Numbered from the stretch's first letter, positions 43,212 to 54,325 are shown. The stretch is 64,000 nt of DNA from Thermodesulfobacteriota bacterium (GCA_963675595.2 CAXXLZ010000002.1:3392001-3456000), one strand, 5' to 3'. Numbers and translations are program-made. Notes: generated by a model from the sequence alone, not told the origin.

Positions 43212-43385
43212 TAGGCCGATGAAAGACGGGATCTCTTGCATGCCCTCGTCTTTCACCGGCCGGCAAACATCCGGCTCTTTCAACGCTTGCAGGAGGCGAG
43301 GTGAGCGTTTTGCATCATGCGGACTCGGGGAGAATGTGGGAAGTCGCCGCAGGGAATTCTCAATAGGAAAATGAGAGATTCCCCT

Positions 43386-45068
43386 TCACGCTTCGGGTTT
43401 TTCGTTGAGAGTGTGCATGCGAGCCGCCTGGACTTCCTTTTTGATCCGATTGACATGTCCCCGCCCCATGCCCTTGAACTCGCATCCCAGCTCGAAGAAC
43501 CGACGAATCTTGTCGTCGGGAAAGATCCCGAAGCAGTCGATGACGGCCAAAGGCCTGCCCGCCATCTCCACCACTTGGTCCGGAGTGAGTTCCAGGTAGG
43601 GTTTGTGCCTGAGCGCGAAGACCACGGCGTCGGCTCCTTCCAGGGTGGGGGCCATTTCTTCCTGCACTTTGAGATTGGCCAAGTCCGCCTGGTTGCGGAA
43701 AAAACGAGCGCGGCTTTGTCCGGTCGCGGGATAGGAGTCCTGCCTCTCGAATTCCCACCAGTGGCTGACATAGGGATCGTGGACTGTGACTTCCCCTCCC
43801 ATTTCCGCCAATTTGCGCACGATGATTTCGCTGCCGCTGTAACGGGTGTCTCCCACGTCTTCGCGATAGGACGCACCCAGGATGGCGATCCTGGCGGCCG
43901 CGACGATTCTTCCCATGTTTCGAAGGGCGTCTCTCACGAGCTGTGCGGCATGGATGGAGCGAGTGTCGTTTATATTGATGACCAGCGGGGTCACTTTGAA
44001 AATGTCGTCCTGGAATCCCATGAGATGCTTATAGGACCACATGCCCAAGCCCCCGTCTTTGGGAAGGCAATAGCCTCCGATGCCGGGGCCGGGAAAAATG
44101 ATGTTGGAATGCGTGGGCCGGATGCGGATCGCTTCGAGGACCTTGATAAGGTCCACTCCGTTGCGTTCGGCAAACACGGACCATTCGTGCACGAATCCGA
44201 GGATGGCGGCCCGATAGGAATTTTCCACAACTTTGCAGGTTTCGCTTTCAATGGGACGGCTGAGAACCGTGAGGGGAAACCGTTCGACGTTGAGCACTTC
44301 GGAAAGGAACCGTTTGACCTTTTCCGTGCTCTCTTCGTTGATCCCGCTGCAGACGCGCCAGAAATCTCTGACGGAGCGCACGTATTCCCGCCCGGGCATG
44401 ACGCGCTCAAAGCTGTGGGCGAGGCAGGGCTCCTCGTTGATTCCCCTTCGTTCGAACTCCTTCTTGACCAGGGGATAAGCGATATATTCCGTTGTACCGG
44501 GAGCCACGGTGGTTTCGATGAGCACCATACACTTCGGTGGGATGTGTCGGCCTATGATCCGGAAGGCGTCTTCGAGATCGGACATTTCCACCCTGCCTGA
44601 AGCCACGTTCCCCAGTTCCTCTTTGAGATAGTCGCATTGGATGTCCACCACCACCACGTCGGCGAGTTTCAAGGCGTCGTAGGTGAAAGTGGCGATGAGC
44701 GTCCGCCTTTTCAGTACGGTTCGCTGAATGATTTCGTTCACCTCCGGGTCTTCCGCGGACACGGGCGGCAATCCCCGGTTCAGGTAATGAATTTTCCAGA
44801 AACTGCGGGTGCTTGGACGCTGCATGCCGATAACGAATTTGGTCGGTGCTCCCGTATCCGGATTCGTGGTGTCCGCCACGACTGCGGCCATGACCACTCC
44901 CACGAAACCGATGCCCATCACCACGACGATTTCGCGGCCCGCTTCCCGTTCCTTCCGCACCCGTTCTTCCAGGACATGGAACTCTTTGTCGTAGTCTCCC
45001 TCGGCGGGCAAGACAAACCGTTCTCCGTCGGGACTAATGGAATATTCCATAATCTTCTCCAATTGCAT
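43386..45068 (-). CDS. UDP-glucose/GDP-mannose dehydrogenase family nucleotide-sugar dehydrogenase
   Basis: GIGFVG, ETTVAPGTT, KVVENSYR, GPGIGGYCLPKD, SYREDVGDTRYS. Confidence 0.9.
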   Translation of the reverse strand: MQLEKIMEYSISPDGERFVLPAEGDYDKEFHVLEERVRKEREAGREIVVVMGIGFVGVVMAAVVADTTNPDTGAPTKFVIGMQRPSTRSFWKIHYLNRGLPPVSAEDPEVNEIIQRTVLKRRTLIATFTYDALKLADVVVVDIQCDYLKEELGNVASGRVEMSDLEDAFRIIGRHIPPKCMVLIETTVAPGTTEYIAYPLVKKEFERRGINEEPCLAHSFERVMPGREYVRSVRDFWRVCSGINEESTEKVKRFLSEVLNVERFPLTVLSRPIESETCKVVENSYRAAILGFVHEWSVFAERNGVDLIKVLEAIRIRPTHSNIIFPGPGIGGYCLPKDGGLGMWSYKHLMGFQDDIFKVTPLVININDTRSIHAAQLVRDALRNMGRIVAAARIAILGASYREDVGDTRYSGSEIIVRKLAEMGGEVTVHDPYVSHWWEFERQDSYPATGQSRARFFRNQADLANLKVQEEMAPTLEGADAVVFALRHKPYLELTPDQVVEMAGRPLAVIDCFGIFPDDKIRRFFELGCEFKGMGRGHVNRIKKEVQAARMHTLNEKPEA

Positions 45069-45347
45069 GAGTTGAAGGCTTCAACGGATGATCCCCGCCG
45101 TACCCTGCCCTTGTCCTGGGAAAAGGAAAGGACTTCGAAGAATTGGGCTTTTACATAGCCGGTTCGGTTCCGGATTGCAACAGGGTTCCGGGCTGCGGGC
45201 AACGCCGCGGGGGGTTACAATTATGGAAAACGTGTCCTAATCTTCTGAGAACGAAAGCGTAATTCTAAACACATTGAGGACTCCCTGCTTATTTTGCGGG
45301 CGACCTGCCTATGTCTTCAGTCGATATAAACCGCTCTGAAATCAACT

Positions 45348-45356
45348 TGTTATAAT
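45348..45356 (+). promoter_or_regulatory. Extended -10 promoter motif
   Basis: TG-t-TATAAT perfect match. Confidence 0.45.
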
Positions 45357-45563
45357 TATGCGGGGTGCGGCGGGCGAACCGTGCTGTCTATTGGCCCGCA
45401 GTTTGCATTACAGTAAGGGCGGTTGCTTTGATACGGATGCCGCCTTATCCCATCGAAGAACCGCAGAACGTATACGGCAAGGATATGCGGTTCACATGCT
45501 TACCGGACCCTGAAACGGCGGCGTTCCCACAGATCGGATCATTACCCCAAACCCCTCCCCATA

Positions 45564-45598
45564 GAGCTCGGGCTACGGCCCGAGCTCATTATTTTTTC
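45564..45598 (+). terminator. Terminator-like hairpin with cUACGg tetraloop
   Basis: gagctcgggc-tacg-gcccgagctc followed by attatttttt. Confidence 0.6.
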
Positions 45599-45700
45599 AC
45601 GGACCTCCACCGACGGTTTTCTTGAGGCGGTTTGCTTCGCATCTCGAGTCCGAATATGATAGCCTACTCCCCGACAAGGGAACAAGGAGGGCTTTGCGGG

Positions 45701-46336
45701 ATGGCCGTTGGGAAAAGACCGCCGGAATTCGCTTCTTATCTGGACCTTCGGTCGGAGGTGGACCGACTGTTCGATGAGGTACAAACCCGGCATCCAGATC
45801 TAGTTCAATGCCGTGCGGGTTGTGACGACTGCTGTTATGCGCTGTTTCAGCTCACCTACGTGGAAGCGGCCTACATTCATGAGGCTTTTCAGCGGACGCT
45901 GCAAAGAAGGGAGCGTCGCCCGCTGTTGCGCAAAGCCGAGAAAGCCGAGGAGCAGTGGACAAAGCTGGTATCGGAATCCGCCGCTTCTCGAGAAGCGGGA
46001 GGCGCGGTGCTGAATCCGGGTCGAATCCGCATCGAATGTCCTCTTCATGTGGAAGGTCGCTGCATTCTGTACGCGGAGCGTCCGGTGACCTGCCGATTGT
46101 ATGGGATTCCTACCGTGGTGGGAGGCAAAGGCGTGACGTGCGGCAAGTCCGGTTTCCTTCCCGGTGCTTCCTACCCCACGGTGAATCTGGACCGAATCCA
46201 GCAGAAACTATTTGTTTTCTCCCGGGAAATGGTCTTGAATATAGGAAACCCGGCTTGGGGCGGCCGGACGGTCACCATGGCCCGGACGCTCCTGGGAAAG
46301 TTCGGAGCCGGATTTTCCGAAACACCGATCGATTAG
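45701..46336 (+). CDS. YkgJ family cysteine-cluster protein
   Basis: CRAGCDDCC...CPL...CILY..RP..CR.YG; GGAGG before ATG 45701. Confidence 0.85.
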   Translation: MAVGKRPPEFASYLDLRSEVDRLFDEVQTRHPDLVQCRAGCDDCCYALFQLTYVEAAYIHEAFQRTLQRRERRPLLRKAEKAEEQWTKLVSESAASREAGGAVLNPGRIRIECPLHVEGRCILYAERPVTCRLYGIPTVVGGKGVTCGKSGFLPGASYPTVNLDRIQQKLFVFSREMVLNIGNPAWGGRTVTMARTLLGKFGAGFSETPID

Positions 46337-46355
46337 CGGCACACAGGAGGTCAAC

Positions 46356-46769
46356 ATGGAGATGGATCGCAAACAGCTCATGGAAATGTTCAACAAACAA
46401 CCCAGAATCGGAACCTTGAGCACGGCGGACTCCGAGGGCAACGTGAATGTGGCGGTCTTTGGAAGCCCCCATATGATCGACGAAAACACGGTGGCCATGG
46501 GCATCGGCGATAACCGCTCGCTGAAATACCTCAAAGAAAATCCCAAGGCGGTGTTCATCGTTATGGAACCGGGAAAGACCTTGCCGGAATGGAAAGGCGT
46601 CAGGGTCTATCTCGAGATGTCGGAATTGGAAACGATGGGCCCCTTTTTCGAACAAATCGTCATGGCGATTAAGCATGCCGTGGGAGAAGGCGCTTCCAAG
46701 ATGATCAAAGCGGCCGTCAGGTTCAAGATCACCTCCGTTCGACCTCTCGTGGATATGGGCGGAAAGTAG
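46356..46769 (+). CDS. Pyridoxamine 5'-phosphate oxidase-like FMN-binding protein
   Basis: LSTAD..G.VNVA, LKENPKA, GVRVY; AGGAGG RBS. Confidence 0.85.
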   Translation: MEMDRKQLMEMFNKQPRIGTLSTADSEGNVNVAVFGSPHMIDENTVAMGIGDNRSLKYLKENPKAVFIVMEPGKTLPEWKGVRVYLEMSELETMGPFFEQIVMAIKHAVGEGASKMIKAAVRFKITSVRPLVDMGGK

Positions 46770-46778
46770 CCCTTTTTC

Positions 46779-46805
46779 GGGAGAGGCCCATTCTTTGCCT
46801 CTCCC
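46779..46805. terminator. Hairpin between convergent genes
   Basis: gggagaggc / gcctctccc 9-bp stem. Confidence 0.45.
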
Positions 46806-46810
46806 ATCCC

Positions 46811-49399
46811 TCATTTTGTGGGAGGATCGGTCGAATTCGACTCCCCGATATGTTGATTTTCCTCTCCTTTTTTTCTTTCCGCCCCGGACTCCGGAGACAG
46901 ACTTCCTGAACGAATGTGCAGATCTCGCTGAGGAAAGGGAATGCTGATGTCTCTTTCCGCGAAAAGGCGGTTGATTTCGAATCGAATATCCGTCTCCGTG
47001 GAGAGACTGTATTCAACCGTGGTCCAGAAACGAAGCCGAAAGTTCAATGCACTGTCCCCGAAATCGGTGAACAGCACATCCGGTTGAGGTGACGCCAGGA
47101 CGCGCGAGTGGTTTTCCGCGGCTTCGATAAGCGTTTTTCGCACCAGTTCCACGTCGGAGCCGTAAGCCACTCCCACGTTGATATGACGACGGAGACGCAT
47201 ATCCCGATAACTCCAGTTCACTACTTGGTTGGTGATGAACTCGGAGTTGGGAATAATGAGAGAAGCATTGTCCCAGGTTTGAACCAGGGTGGACCGTACA
47301 TTGATCTTCTTGACGACTCCCCAGGTTCCGTTGAGTTCCACCGCATCTCCCACCTGGATGGGGCGTTCCAACAGCAGGATCAGGCCGCTCACGAAGTTGT
47401 TGAATATGGTCTGCAGGCCGAAGCCCAGCCCGATCCCCAAGGCTCCGAACCCGACGAACAGGGACGTGGAGCTGAATCCAACCACGTTTAGAGCGAACAG
47501 AATCCCGAATACCCAGAACGCGTACACGGTCACCGTGGCGATGGACTCCCGAATGCCCAGTTTCAGGCCGCTGTCCGCCAGCAGGCGGTCTTGGAGTATC
47601 TGACGCCACAGACGGGTGGCGGTATGCGTGATCAGAAGCACGACCAAGGCGAAGCCGATACTGAGGAGAGTGAAATGAAGCTTCCCGATGGAAACAGGAT
47701 AGGTCAGAGCGGACAGGAGACCGAAAAATACGGCTCTTCGGGCACCCCAAGCGAAGAGCAGTCCCACCACCAGAGCCGCGAACCAGCCGGCCCAGGATAT
47801 ACGAATGACGAGCCAGCCTAAGGGACGAGCCTGGGAGGTATCCTCGCTCACCTCGGACATCTTTTGGTGGAAGGCGACGTCCGCTTCTCTCAGCATGACC
47901 ACGGCGAGACAAGCCCAGAACACCACCACAAAGGAGCGACCCCAGGAGACAAGCCAGAATGTGGCCAGAGTGCCGTACCCCCCCAGATCGAGCAGAATCG
48001 CTATCGAGACGGCGAAATATCCAAGCAAGGCACACAGCTTCGCCGTCCTGAGGAAAAAAGTCGGTATTTCCTTAACGAAGTCCGGCGGTTTCCTCCAAAT
48101 TCCCATGAACCTGTAGATGCCCGTCAACAACATGGCGTCGAAGGCCAGGCGAATCCAGGGAAGCAGTATGCCGGACCCGCCGATACCGGCTTTGGCCGCC
48201 ATATAGGCAATGGCGAAGACGCGTACCACGTAGGCAAGGGGACGGATGGAAGCTTTTCGGGCTGCGGGCGATTCGGGTTCGGATTGTCGTCGGAGTCTTT
48301 TCGAAAATGCGATAAGCCATCCGGTGGCCAGCCAAGCACCGCCACCCTGTATGAGAGAGTAGATGAATGGAACGCTTTCGTAGAGTTCTTGCCATTGAGC
48401 GTATGCATAAAGGAGGAGGAGCGCAGCCAAAAGCCAGAAGGACCTGCAGAGAATCTCCAAAGCCATCCGGGTCCAGGGAAGCGCATCGAACTTCGGATCT
48501 TCCAGTCCGTCGTGAATTCGTTTCTGCAAGCGGATTACAAGAATCAGTGAAACACAGAAGACCAGGAGAAAGACGGTGTGCAGGGTGGTTTCAGTGCGCC
48601 AAAGGATCGAAATCTGACGAAACCGAAAGAAATCTTCGGGGGACTTGAGGAGCTGGGCTCCGAGCCCTTCAAGTTCCTCCATCAGCATTGACCGTCCAGC
48701 CTTTTGCAGGGGGCCGTTGGAACGATGGAAAAGTCCCTCCTGCTTCTCTTCGTTGATCCGTTCCTCGTATTTCGTCTGAAGCTTTTCGAAGCCGGCCCGC
48801 AGGTCTTTGAGTCGCTTCTCCCGATGAGCGTAGATGTCGCTCAGTTTCTTGAGAACGGCGAGTTTTTTTTCGACCAGCCCACGAAGTTGGTTCAGGGACT
48901 TCAGGAGGTCGTTTTTCACGTCCTTTCCGAGGCTTTTGGAGCGCAGGTCGGCCTCCTGATTTCGGATCAGGCCCAGCTGTTCCTCGGTGGAATTCACCTG
49001 TTCCGCCACCGTTGTCAGCTTGTCTTCCATATCCTGATAACGGTCGGAAACCAGCGCGAGGGTTGCGGTGTGTATACCGAGAATCCGGCGCAGGTCCTCC
49101 GGCCGGCCGGCCGGGAGATGCAGCATGTTCTCGTGCACGGAGAGCTGAGTCCTCCAATCGGCAAGCTCTTCCTGAAATTCTTCTCCGGAAGCCTCAGCCT
49201 TGTCCAATTGAGTGTGAAGCGGCTTGAGCGTGCCGCTTTCCGACCGAATGGAATCCTGTACCGACTGGGCCAGCTCGGTGTAAACCGTATGGTCGGCGGG
49301 AGACGAGGATGCCTTGTCTTCGGCCGCGGCCGATGGGTGGAAAAACGGCAAAGAAAACCATAGGAGCAGCAAAAACAGGACGGTAAGTCTTCCGCCCAT
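46811..49399 (-). CDS. Large MscS/MscK-like mechanosensitive channel
   Basis: Signal peptide, coiled-coil, many TMs, GIGLGFGLQ..NNFVSG, IIPNS, GVAYGSD, IPFPQRD; start moved to 49399. Confidence 0.92.
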   Translation of the reverse strand: MGGRLTVLFLLLLWFSLPFFHPSAAAEDKASSSPADHTVYTELAQSVQDSIRSESGTLKPLHTQLDKAEASGEEFQEELADWRTQLSVHENMLHLPAGRPEDLRRILGIHTATLALVSDRYQDMEDKLTTVAEQVNSTEEQLGLIRNQEADLRSKSLGKDVKNDLLKSLNQLRGLVEKKLAVLKKLSDIYAHREKRLKDLRAGFEKLQTKYEERINEEKQEGLFHRSNGPLQKAGRSMLMEELEGLGAQLLKSPEDFFRFRQISILWRTETTLHTVFLLVFCVSLILVIRLQKRIHDGLEDPKFDALPWTRMALEILCRSFWLLAALLLLYAYAQWQELYESVPFIYSLIQGGGAWLATGWLIAFSKRLRRQSEPESPAARKASIRPLAYVVRVFAIAYMAAKAGIGGSGILLPWIRLAFDAMLLTGIYRFMGIWRKPPDFVKEIPTFFLRTAKLCALLGYFAVSIAILLDLGGYGTLATFWLVSWGRSFVVVFWACLAVVMLREADVAFHQKMSEVSEDTSQARPLGWLVIRISWAGWFAALVVGLLFAWGARRAVFFGLLSALTYPVSIGKLHFTLLSIGFALVVLLITHTATRLWRQILQDRLLADSGLKLGIRESIATVTVYAFWVFGILFALNVVGFSSTSLFVGFGALGIGLGFGLQTIFNNFVSGLILLLERPIQVGDAVELNGTWGVVKKINVRSTLVQTWDNASLIIPNSEFITNQVVNWSYRDMRLRRHINVGVAYGSDVELVRKTLIEAAENHSRVLASPQPDVLFTDFGDSALNFRLRFWTTVEYSLSTETDIRFEINRLFAERDISIPFPQRDLHIRSGSLSPESGAERKKGEENQHIGESNSTDPPTK

Positions 49400-49440
49400 C
49401 GTTCCCCCTCTGTGGAAACGGCAACGATGCATTACGGGAA

Positions 49441-50505
49441 TCAGAACCATCTCCTTTTCTTGAAAAAGTACAGCATAGTACCGCTGATGGCGACGATCAG
49501 CGTCCAGACTCCGAAATATCCCCACTTCCAGTCGAGTTCGGGCATGTATTTGAAATTCATTCCGTAAATGCCGGCAATAAAGCTGAGGGGAATGAAAATC
49601 GTGGCGATAATGGTCAGTACCTTCATGACTTCGTTGAGCCGGTTGCTCGCTGCTGAGAGATAGACGGAAAGGAGTTCGGAAATCAGCTCCCTGGAAACCT
49701 CGATGGTTTCCAAAGTATGAACGGCATGGTCGTAAAGGTCCCTGAGATACACACGAGTGGAGTCCTGGAAAAGTTCGTTCTCCATTCTTTGGACTTCACT
49801 CACCATGTCTCGAACAGGCCAAATGAGCTTATGAAGGATCAGGCTTTTTCGCTTCAGACCGTAAATCTTCGACAGAGTGTCCTGGGCGATTTCCGACATG
49901 ACTTCCTCTTCAAGTTCCTCGATCTGACGGCCGAACACTCCCATTAAATGGAAATACTGGTCTACCAGGAGGTCCATTAAGGCATAAGCCAAGTAGTCGG
50001 TACCCAGGCGACGGAATCTGCCCTTGGGATTCCCGAGTCTCCGGCGAACGCCCCTGAAGAGGTCTTCACCACTTTCCTGAAATGAAATCAAATAGTTGGA
50101 TCCAAAAACAATGCTCACCTGCTCGATAACGAGCTTGTCGCCGTCGGGCTCCATACCCAAAGATTTGAGGACGATGAACACGCAATCCTCATAGTCCTCG
50201 ATTTTTGGCCGCTGCTCCGTATTCAGGATATCTTCCAGAATCAGGGGATGAACACCGTAATGGCGCCCCAGCGCCTCCACGACGGCCATGTCGTGTACAC
50301 CCTGGACTCTCACCCAGGTTACGGCTGCCTCGCCCGGAAGTTCACAGCAACTCTCGACGCCGATGTCCTCCCGCTCTTCCATGATGTCGCCGTTGTATCT
50401 CGTAACGGAAATGATGGGCCGTTCCGTTTTCGGCGCACCCACATAAAGGAGAGTGCCGGGCGGCAAGCCGACTTTATTTGCCTGTTTCGTGGAAAATGTT
50501 CTCAT
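49441..50505 (-). CDS. corA: Magnesium/cobalt transporter CorA
   Basis: GLPPG, QRPKIE, YGMNF..MPEL. Confidence 0.96.
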   Translation of the reverse strand: MRTFSTKQANKVGLPPGTLLYVGAPKTERPIISVTRYNGDIMEEREDIGVESCCELPGEAAVTWVRVQGVHDMAVVEALGRHYGVHPLILEDILNTEQRPKIEDYEDCVFIVLKSLGMEPDGDKLVIEQVSIVFGSNYLISFQESGEDLFRGVRRRLGNPKGRFRRLGTDYLAYALMDLLVDQYFHLMGVFGRQIEELEEEVMSEIAQDTLSKIYGLKRKSLILHKLIWPVRDMVSEVQRMENELFQDSTRVYLRDLYDHAVHTLETIEVSRELISELLSVYLSAASNRLNEVMKVLTIIATIFIPLSFIAGIYGMNFKYMPELDWKWGYFGVWTLIVAISGTMLYFFKKRRWF

Positions 50506-50699
50506 CCGGTAATAATCTCCACAGGGCCCGATAGATTCGTCGAATCACCAATATGGAATCGTGATCGTGTTTCGTTCGACGGCGATTGAATCTCTCCAAA
50601 ATACAAAAAGGATCGTCTCCTGGCAAGAAACGATCCTCATTCCTCGGAAGAAGCGCCTCCGGCGCCGAAGTGGTCGGACGTCGGGTAGACGTTTGTCGC

Positions 50700-51554
50700 C
50701 TACGCCCGGTTCTCGAGTCGCGATGAGGGAGCGAGTTGCGGTTCGGGCGTCTCGAGGCCGTCGAGCCCCGACCTCAACTCTCGAACAAATTCACGGACCC
50801 GGTCCTTCATCTCCTCTTTTCCATGGAAGGATTCCATGACGCGGACCAGGGCGCTGCCCACGACGACGGCGTCCGCCATCCGACCCGCCTCCCGTGCATC
50901 CTCAGGTCCGCTGATCCCGAAACCCACAGCCACAGGCGTATTGGTCCGGGATTTGAGGAGAGCCACGTTTTCGTGGATCTCTTTGAGGTCCAGAGGCGTC
51001 GAACTGCCCGTGACGCCGGTCAGAGACACGTAGTACAGGAAACCGCCGGCCCGCTCGGCGATGCGTTGCATCCTTTCCTTCCCGCTGGTGGGCGCGGCGA
51101 GCAGAATGGGATGCAGACCGAAGTTTTCGTAAGGCTGTTTCAACTCTTCCATCTGTTCCAGAGGGAGGTCCACCACCAGCAGACCGTCCGCGCCCGACTC
51201 CGCCGCCTCGCGGCAGAAGGACTCAACCCCGAAAGACAGGATTGGATTGAAATATCCCATAAGCACGATGGGCACGTCCGTTCGTTCCCTGAGTCTTTTC
51301 AGAAGCCGGAAGAGCCCCTTGGTGGTATAGCCCGCGCCCAGGGCCCTTCCCGCCGCCCGTTGGATCGCCGGACCGTCCGCGATGGGGTCCGAGAAGGGCA
51401 TGCCCAACTCCACCAGGTCCGCTCCGGAAGCCTCGAGATCAAGGACCGTTGAAACGGTGGTTTCCATTCCTCCGTCGCCGGCCACGATAAAAGGGATCAG
51501 CGCCTTGCGCCCCTCCTGTTTGAGCCGTTGGAATTTGGCGTCGATTCGGTTCAT
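50700..51554 (-). CDS. trpA: Tryptophan synthase alpha chain
   Basis: ELGMPFSDPIADGPAIQ, GVTG, GFGI, VVGSA. Confidence 0.98.
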   Translation of the reverse strand: MNRIDAKFQRLKQEGRKALIPFIVAGDGGMETTVSTVLDLEASGADLVELGMPFSDPIADGPAIQRAAGRALGAGYTTKGLFRLLKRLRERTDVPIVLMGYFNPILSFGVESFCREAAESGADGLLVVDLPLEQMEELKQPYENFGLHPILLAAPTSGKERMQRIAERAGGFLYYVSLTGVTGSSTPLDLKEIHENVALLKSRTNTPVAVGFGISGPEDAREAGRMADAVVVGSALVRVMESFHGKEEMKDRVREFVRELRSGLDGLETPEPQLAPSSRLENRA

Positions 51555-51563
51555 GTGATCCCC

Positions 51564-52751
51564 CTATAATTTCAGCTCGCGTATGTAGGTGTTCATATCC
51601 TTATCGCCCCTGCCCGACAGGCAAATCACGATGATTTGGTCGCGTTCAAAGGTGTCCACGTGCTTTTTTACCCAAGCCAGGGCATGGGAGCTCTCGAGGG
51701 CCGGTATGATCCCCTCGGCTCGGGCCAGCCAGAGAGCGCCTTCCAGTGCCTCGTCGTCTCGGATGGTATCATATCTCACCCTTCCCGATTCAAACAGGAA
51801 TCCATGCTCCGGTCCCACTCCGGGATAGTCCAGGCCCGCTGAAATGCTGTGAGCGTTGAGCACCTGCCCGTCATCATCCTGCAATAGATAGCTCATGCAT
51901 CCGTGCAGTACCCCGAGTCTTCCGCCATTGAGGGAAGCCGCGTGCAATTTGGTTTCCATGCCGAGTCCACCGGCTTCCACGCCCACCATGCGAACCTGCG
52001 GAGCATCCAAAAAGGGGTGAAACATGCCGATGGCATTGCTTCCTCCTCCAACGCAAGCCACAAGCAGGTCCGGAAGACGTCCCGCGGCCGCTTCCACCTG
52101 GTCCCTCGTCTCCCGACCGATTACCTCCTGGAACCACCTCACCAAGTAGGGATAAGGATGGGGCCCTGCAGCGGTTCCCACCACGTAGTGGGTGTCCCGA
52201 ACACAGGAGGACCAATAGCGCATGGCTTCGTTCATGGCTTCCTTGAGGGTGCAGGTACCCGACCGAACCGGAACCACTTCGGCTCCCAGCATCTTCATGC
52301 GGGCTACGTTCAGTGCCTGGCGCTCCATGTCTTCCGTGCCCATGAAGACTTTGCATTCCATGCCGAAAAGGGCGGCCACCGTGGCGGTGGCCACTCCGTG
52401 CTGTCCCGCGCCCGTTTCCGCGATGAGCCTTTTTCGCCCCAGGTATCGCGCCAGTAAGGCTTGGCCGATGGTGTTGTTGATTTTGTGGGCCCCGGTGTGC
52501 AGAAGGTCCTCACGTTTCAGATAGATTACGGCTCCTCGCGTTTCTTCCGAAAGAGCGGGGGCGCGGGTCAACGGAGTACGGCGTCCCGCATAGGTTTCCA
52601 GGTAGTGGTGGAACTCGTCCCGGAAAACGGCGCTCTCCTTCGCTTCCAGGAATGCGGATTCCAATTCCAGTAAGGCGGGCATAAGCGTCTCGGGAGCGTA
52701 CATTCCCCCGAACGTTCCATAACGCCCAAGCTGTGTATTTTGTGTCTGCAT
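51564..52751 (-). CDS. trpB: Tryptophan synthase beta chain
   Basis: [42 protein letters not shown]. Confidence 0.99.
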   Translation of the reverse strand: MQTQNTQLGRYGTFGGMYAPETLMPALLELESAFLEAKESAVFRDEFHHYLETYAGRRTPLTRAPALSEETRGAVIYLKREDLLHTGAHKINNTIGQALLARYLGRKRLIAETGAGQHGVATATVAALFGMECKVFMGTEDMERQALNVARMKMLGAEVVPVRSGTCTLKEAMNEAMRYWSSCVRDTHYVVGTAAGPHPYPYLVRWFQEVIGRETRDQVEAAAGRLPDLLVACVGGGSNAIGMFHPFLDAPQVRMVGVEAGGLGMETKLHAASLNGGRLGVLHGCMSYLLQDDDGQVLNAHSISAGLDYPGVGPEHGFLFESGRVRYDTIRDDEALEGALWLARAEGIIPALESSHALAWVKKHVDTFERDQIIVICLSGRGDKDMNTYIRELKL

Positions 52752-52823
52752 AAATGAATCCTCGTCTTTCAGGTTCCGGAACCGGCCACCGGTTCGGAAC
52801 GGATCGTGAACGGCCTATTCCGG

Positions 52824-53495
52824 CTATGCGGACGAGCCTTGTTTATCCCGGGGGACGTTCCCCGGGCGGCCCCGGCGGTCGAACTCGCGAACCTCGGCCA
52901 CGAATTCCCTGATCTTCTCCGGGTTTTTGATGCCCGGCGATACCTCCACGCCGCTGGAAACGTCCACCCCGAAGGGGTTCACCACGGACAGGGCCTGGGC
53001 GACGTTCGTAGAGTCCAGTCCACCGGCGAGAATCAGTCTGAACCTGGACGCCGTGTCGCGGAGCAGTTCCCAGGGAGCGCGTACGCCTGTTCCTCCCTTG
53101 AAATCCGGGTGCCGGCCGTCCACCAGCACGGCCTCCACGTTCGAATAATCCTCCATGTTGCGGATATCCTGTTCGCTTTTCATGCGAAAAGCTTTCACCA
53201 CCGCCGTGTTTCCAAAGGACTCGCAGTACGCGGGAGACTCGTTCCCGTGCATTTGAAGCACATCCAGGGAACAGGTCTCCCGGATTTCCCGCACCGTCTC
53301 AAGGGCCTCATCCACAAACACGCCCACTTTGCGGATCGAAGAAGGCAGGCGAAGGGCGATCTCCGATGCCCGTTCCGGAGCGATGTACCTTGGACTTCGA
53401 GGATAGAACACGAAACCGATCATGTCCGCGCCGGCTTCCACCACGGTTCGGGCGTCCTCCCATCTCGTGATTCCGCAGATTTTCACCAGGGTCAT
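52824..53495 (-). CDS. trpF: Phosphoribosylanthranilate isomerase
   Basis: VKICG, SPR, QMHG, GGTG, LAGGL, DVSSGVE; ATGA overlap with trpC. Confidence 0.96.
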   Translation of the reverse strand: MTLVKICGITRWEDARTVVEAGADMIGFVFYPRSPRYIAPERASEIALRLPSSIRKVGVFVDEALETVREIRETCSLDVLQMHGNESPAYCESFGNTAVVKAFRMKSEQDIRNMEDYSNVEAVLVDGRHPDFKGGTGVRAPWELLRDTASRFRLILAGGLDSTNVAQALSVVNPFGVDVSSGVEVSPGIKNPEKIREFVAEVREFDRRGRPGNVPRDKQGSSA

Positions 53496-54307
53496 GATTC
53501 CGTACCTCCAGCCAACAGGTCCGCAAGCGCGGCTCCGGGGCTCGGGCGGCGCATAAGCGCGGTCCCCACCAGAAAGGCGTTCACCCCCGCCTCCCGGCAA
53601 CGATCCATATCGTCCCGTGAGCGGATTCCGCTTTCACTTACGATGATTTTTCCGGGAGGCACTTTGGAAGCCAGGCGCAACGTGGTTTCGATATCCACCC
53701 GGAAAGTCTTCAAACACCGGTTGTTGATCCCGATAATCTCGGCGTCCGCCTCCACGGCGCGCTCCAAATCCTCTTCGTCGTGAACTTCCACCAAAGCGTC
53801 CATGCCCAGTCGCTTCCCGGCTTCGATAAGCTCCCTCATCAGACCGTCTTCGGACGCGGCGGCAATAACGAGGAAGGCATCCGCTCCGGCCGCCTTGCCC
53901 TCCGCCACCTGGATGGGATCCACAAAAAAATCCTTCCTCAGAAGCGGAACCTGCACGGTGTCGCGGGCTTCGCGGAGGAATTCCAGCCGCCCCTGAAAGT
54001 AGTGCGGTTCGGTAAGGATCGAAAGCGCCGCCGCCCCGTGTCTTTCGTAATCGGAAGCCACGGTCGCGCAACTCAGATCGTCGCGAATCACTCCCGCGGA
54101 AGGGGAAGCGATTTTATACTCGGCAATGACGGCCGGGACCTTTGAAGTCAACGCCTTGGCGAGACTTCTGCGGGGCGCCTCGCCTGCGGCTTTCTCCAGT
54201 TCTCCAATGGTCGATCTTTGTTTGAGCGCCGCCACGTCCCGCTTACGCCGCTCCACGATCTCTGAAAGGATGGAGTTCACTTGCCCTCTTGATGTTGGGT
54301 CTTTCAT
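53492..54307 (-). CDS. trpC: Indole-3-glycerol phosphate synthase
   Basis: IAEYKIASPS, SILTE, LRKDF, GINNR, SESG. Confidence 0.97.
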   Translation of the reverse strand: MKDPTSRGQVNSILSEIVERRKRDVAALKQRSTIGELEKAAGEAPRRSLAKALTSKVPAVIAEYKIASPSAGVIRDDLSCATVASDYERHGAAALSILTEPHYFQGRLEFLREARDTVQVPLLRKDFFVDPIQVAEGKAAGADAFLVIAAASEDGLMRELIEAGKRLGMDALVEVHDEEDLERAVEADAEIIGINNRCLKTFRVDIETTLRLASKVPPGKIIVSESGIRSRDDMDRCREAGVNAFLVGTALMRRPSPGAALADLLAGGTES

Positions 54308-54325
54308 TTCGACACTCCGTGCGAT

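Noticed and set aside
52773-52800. Palindrome between trpF and trpB as a terminator
   Set aside because: No U-tract on the coding strand; at most a stability or processing hairpin
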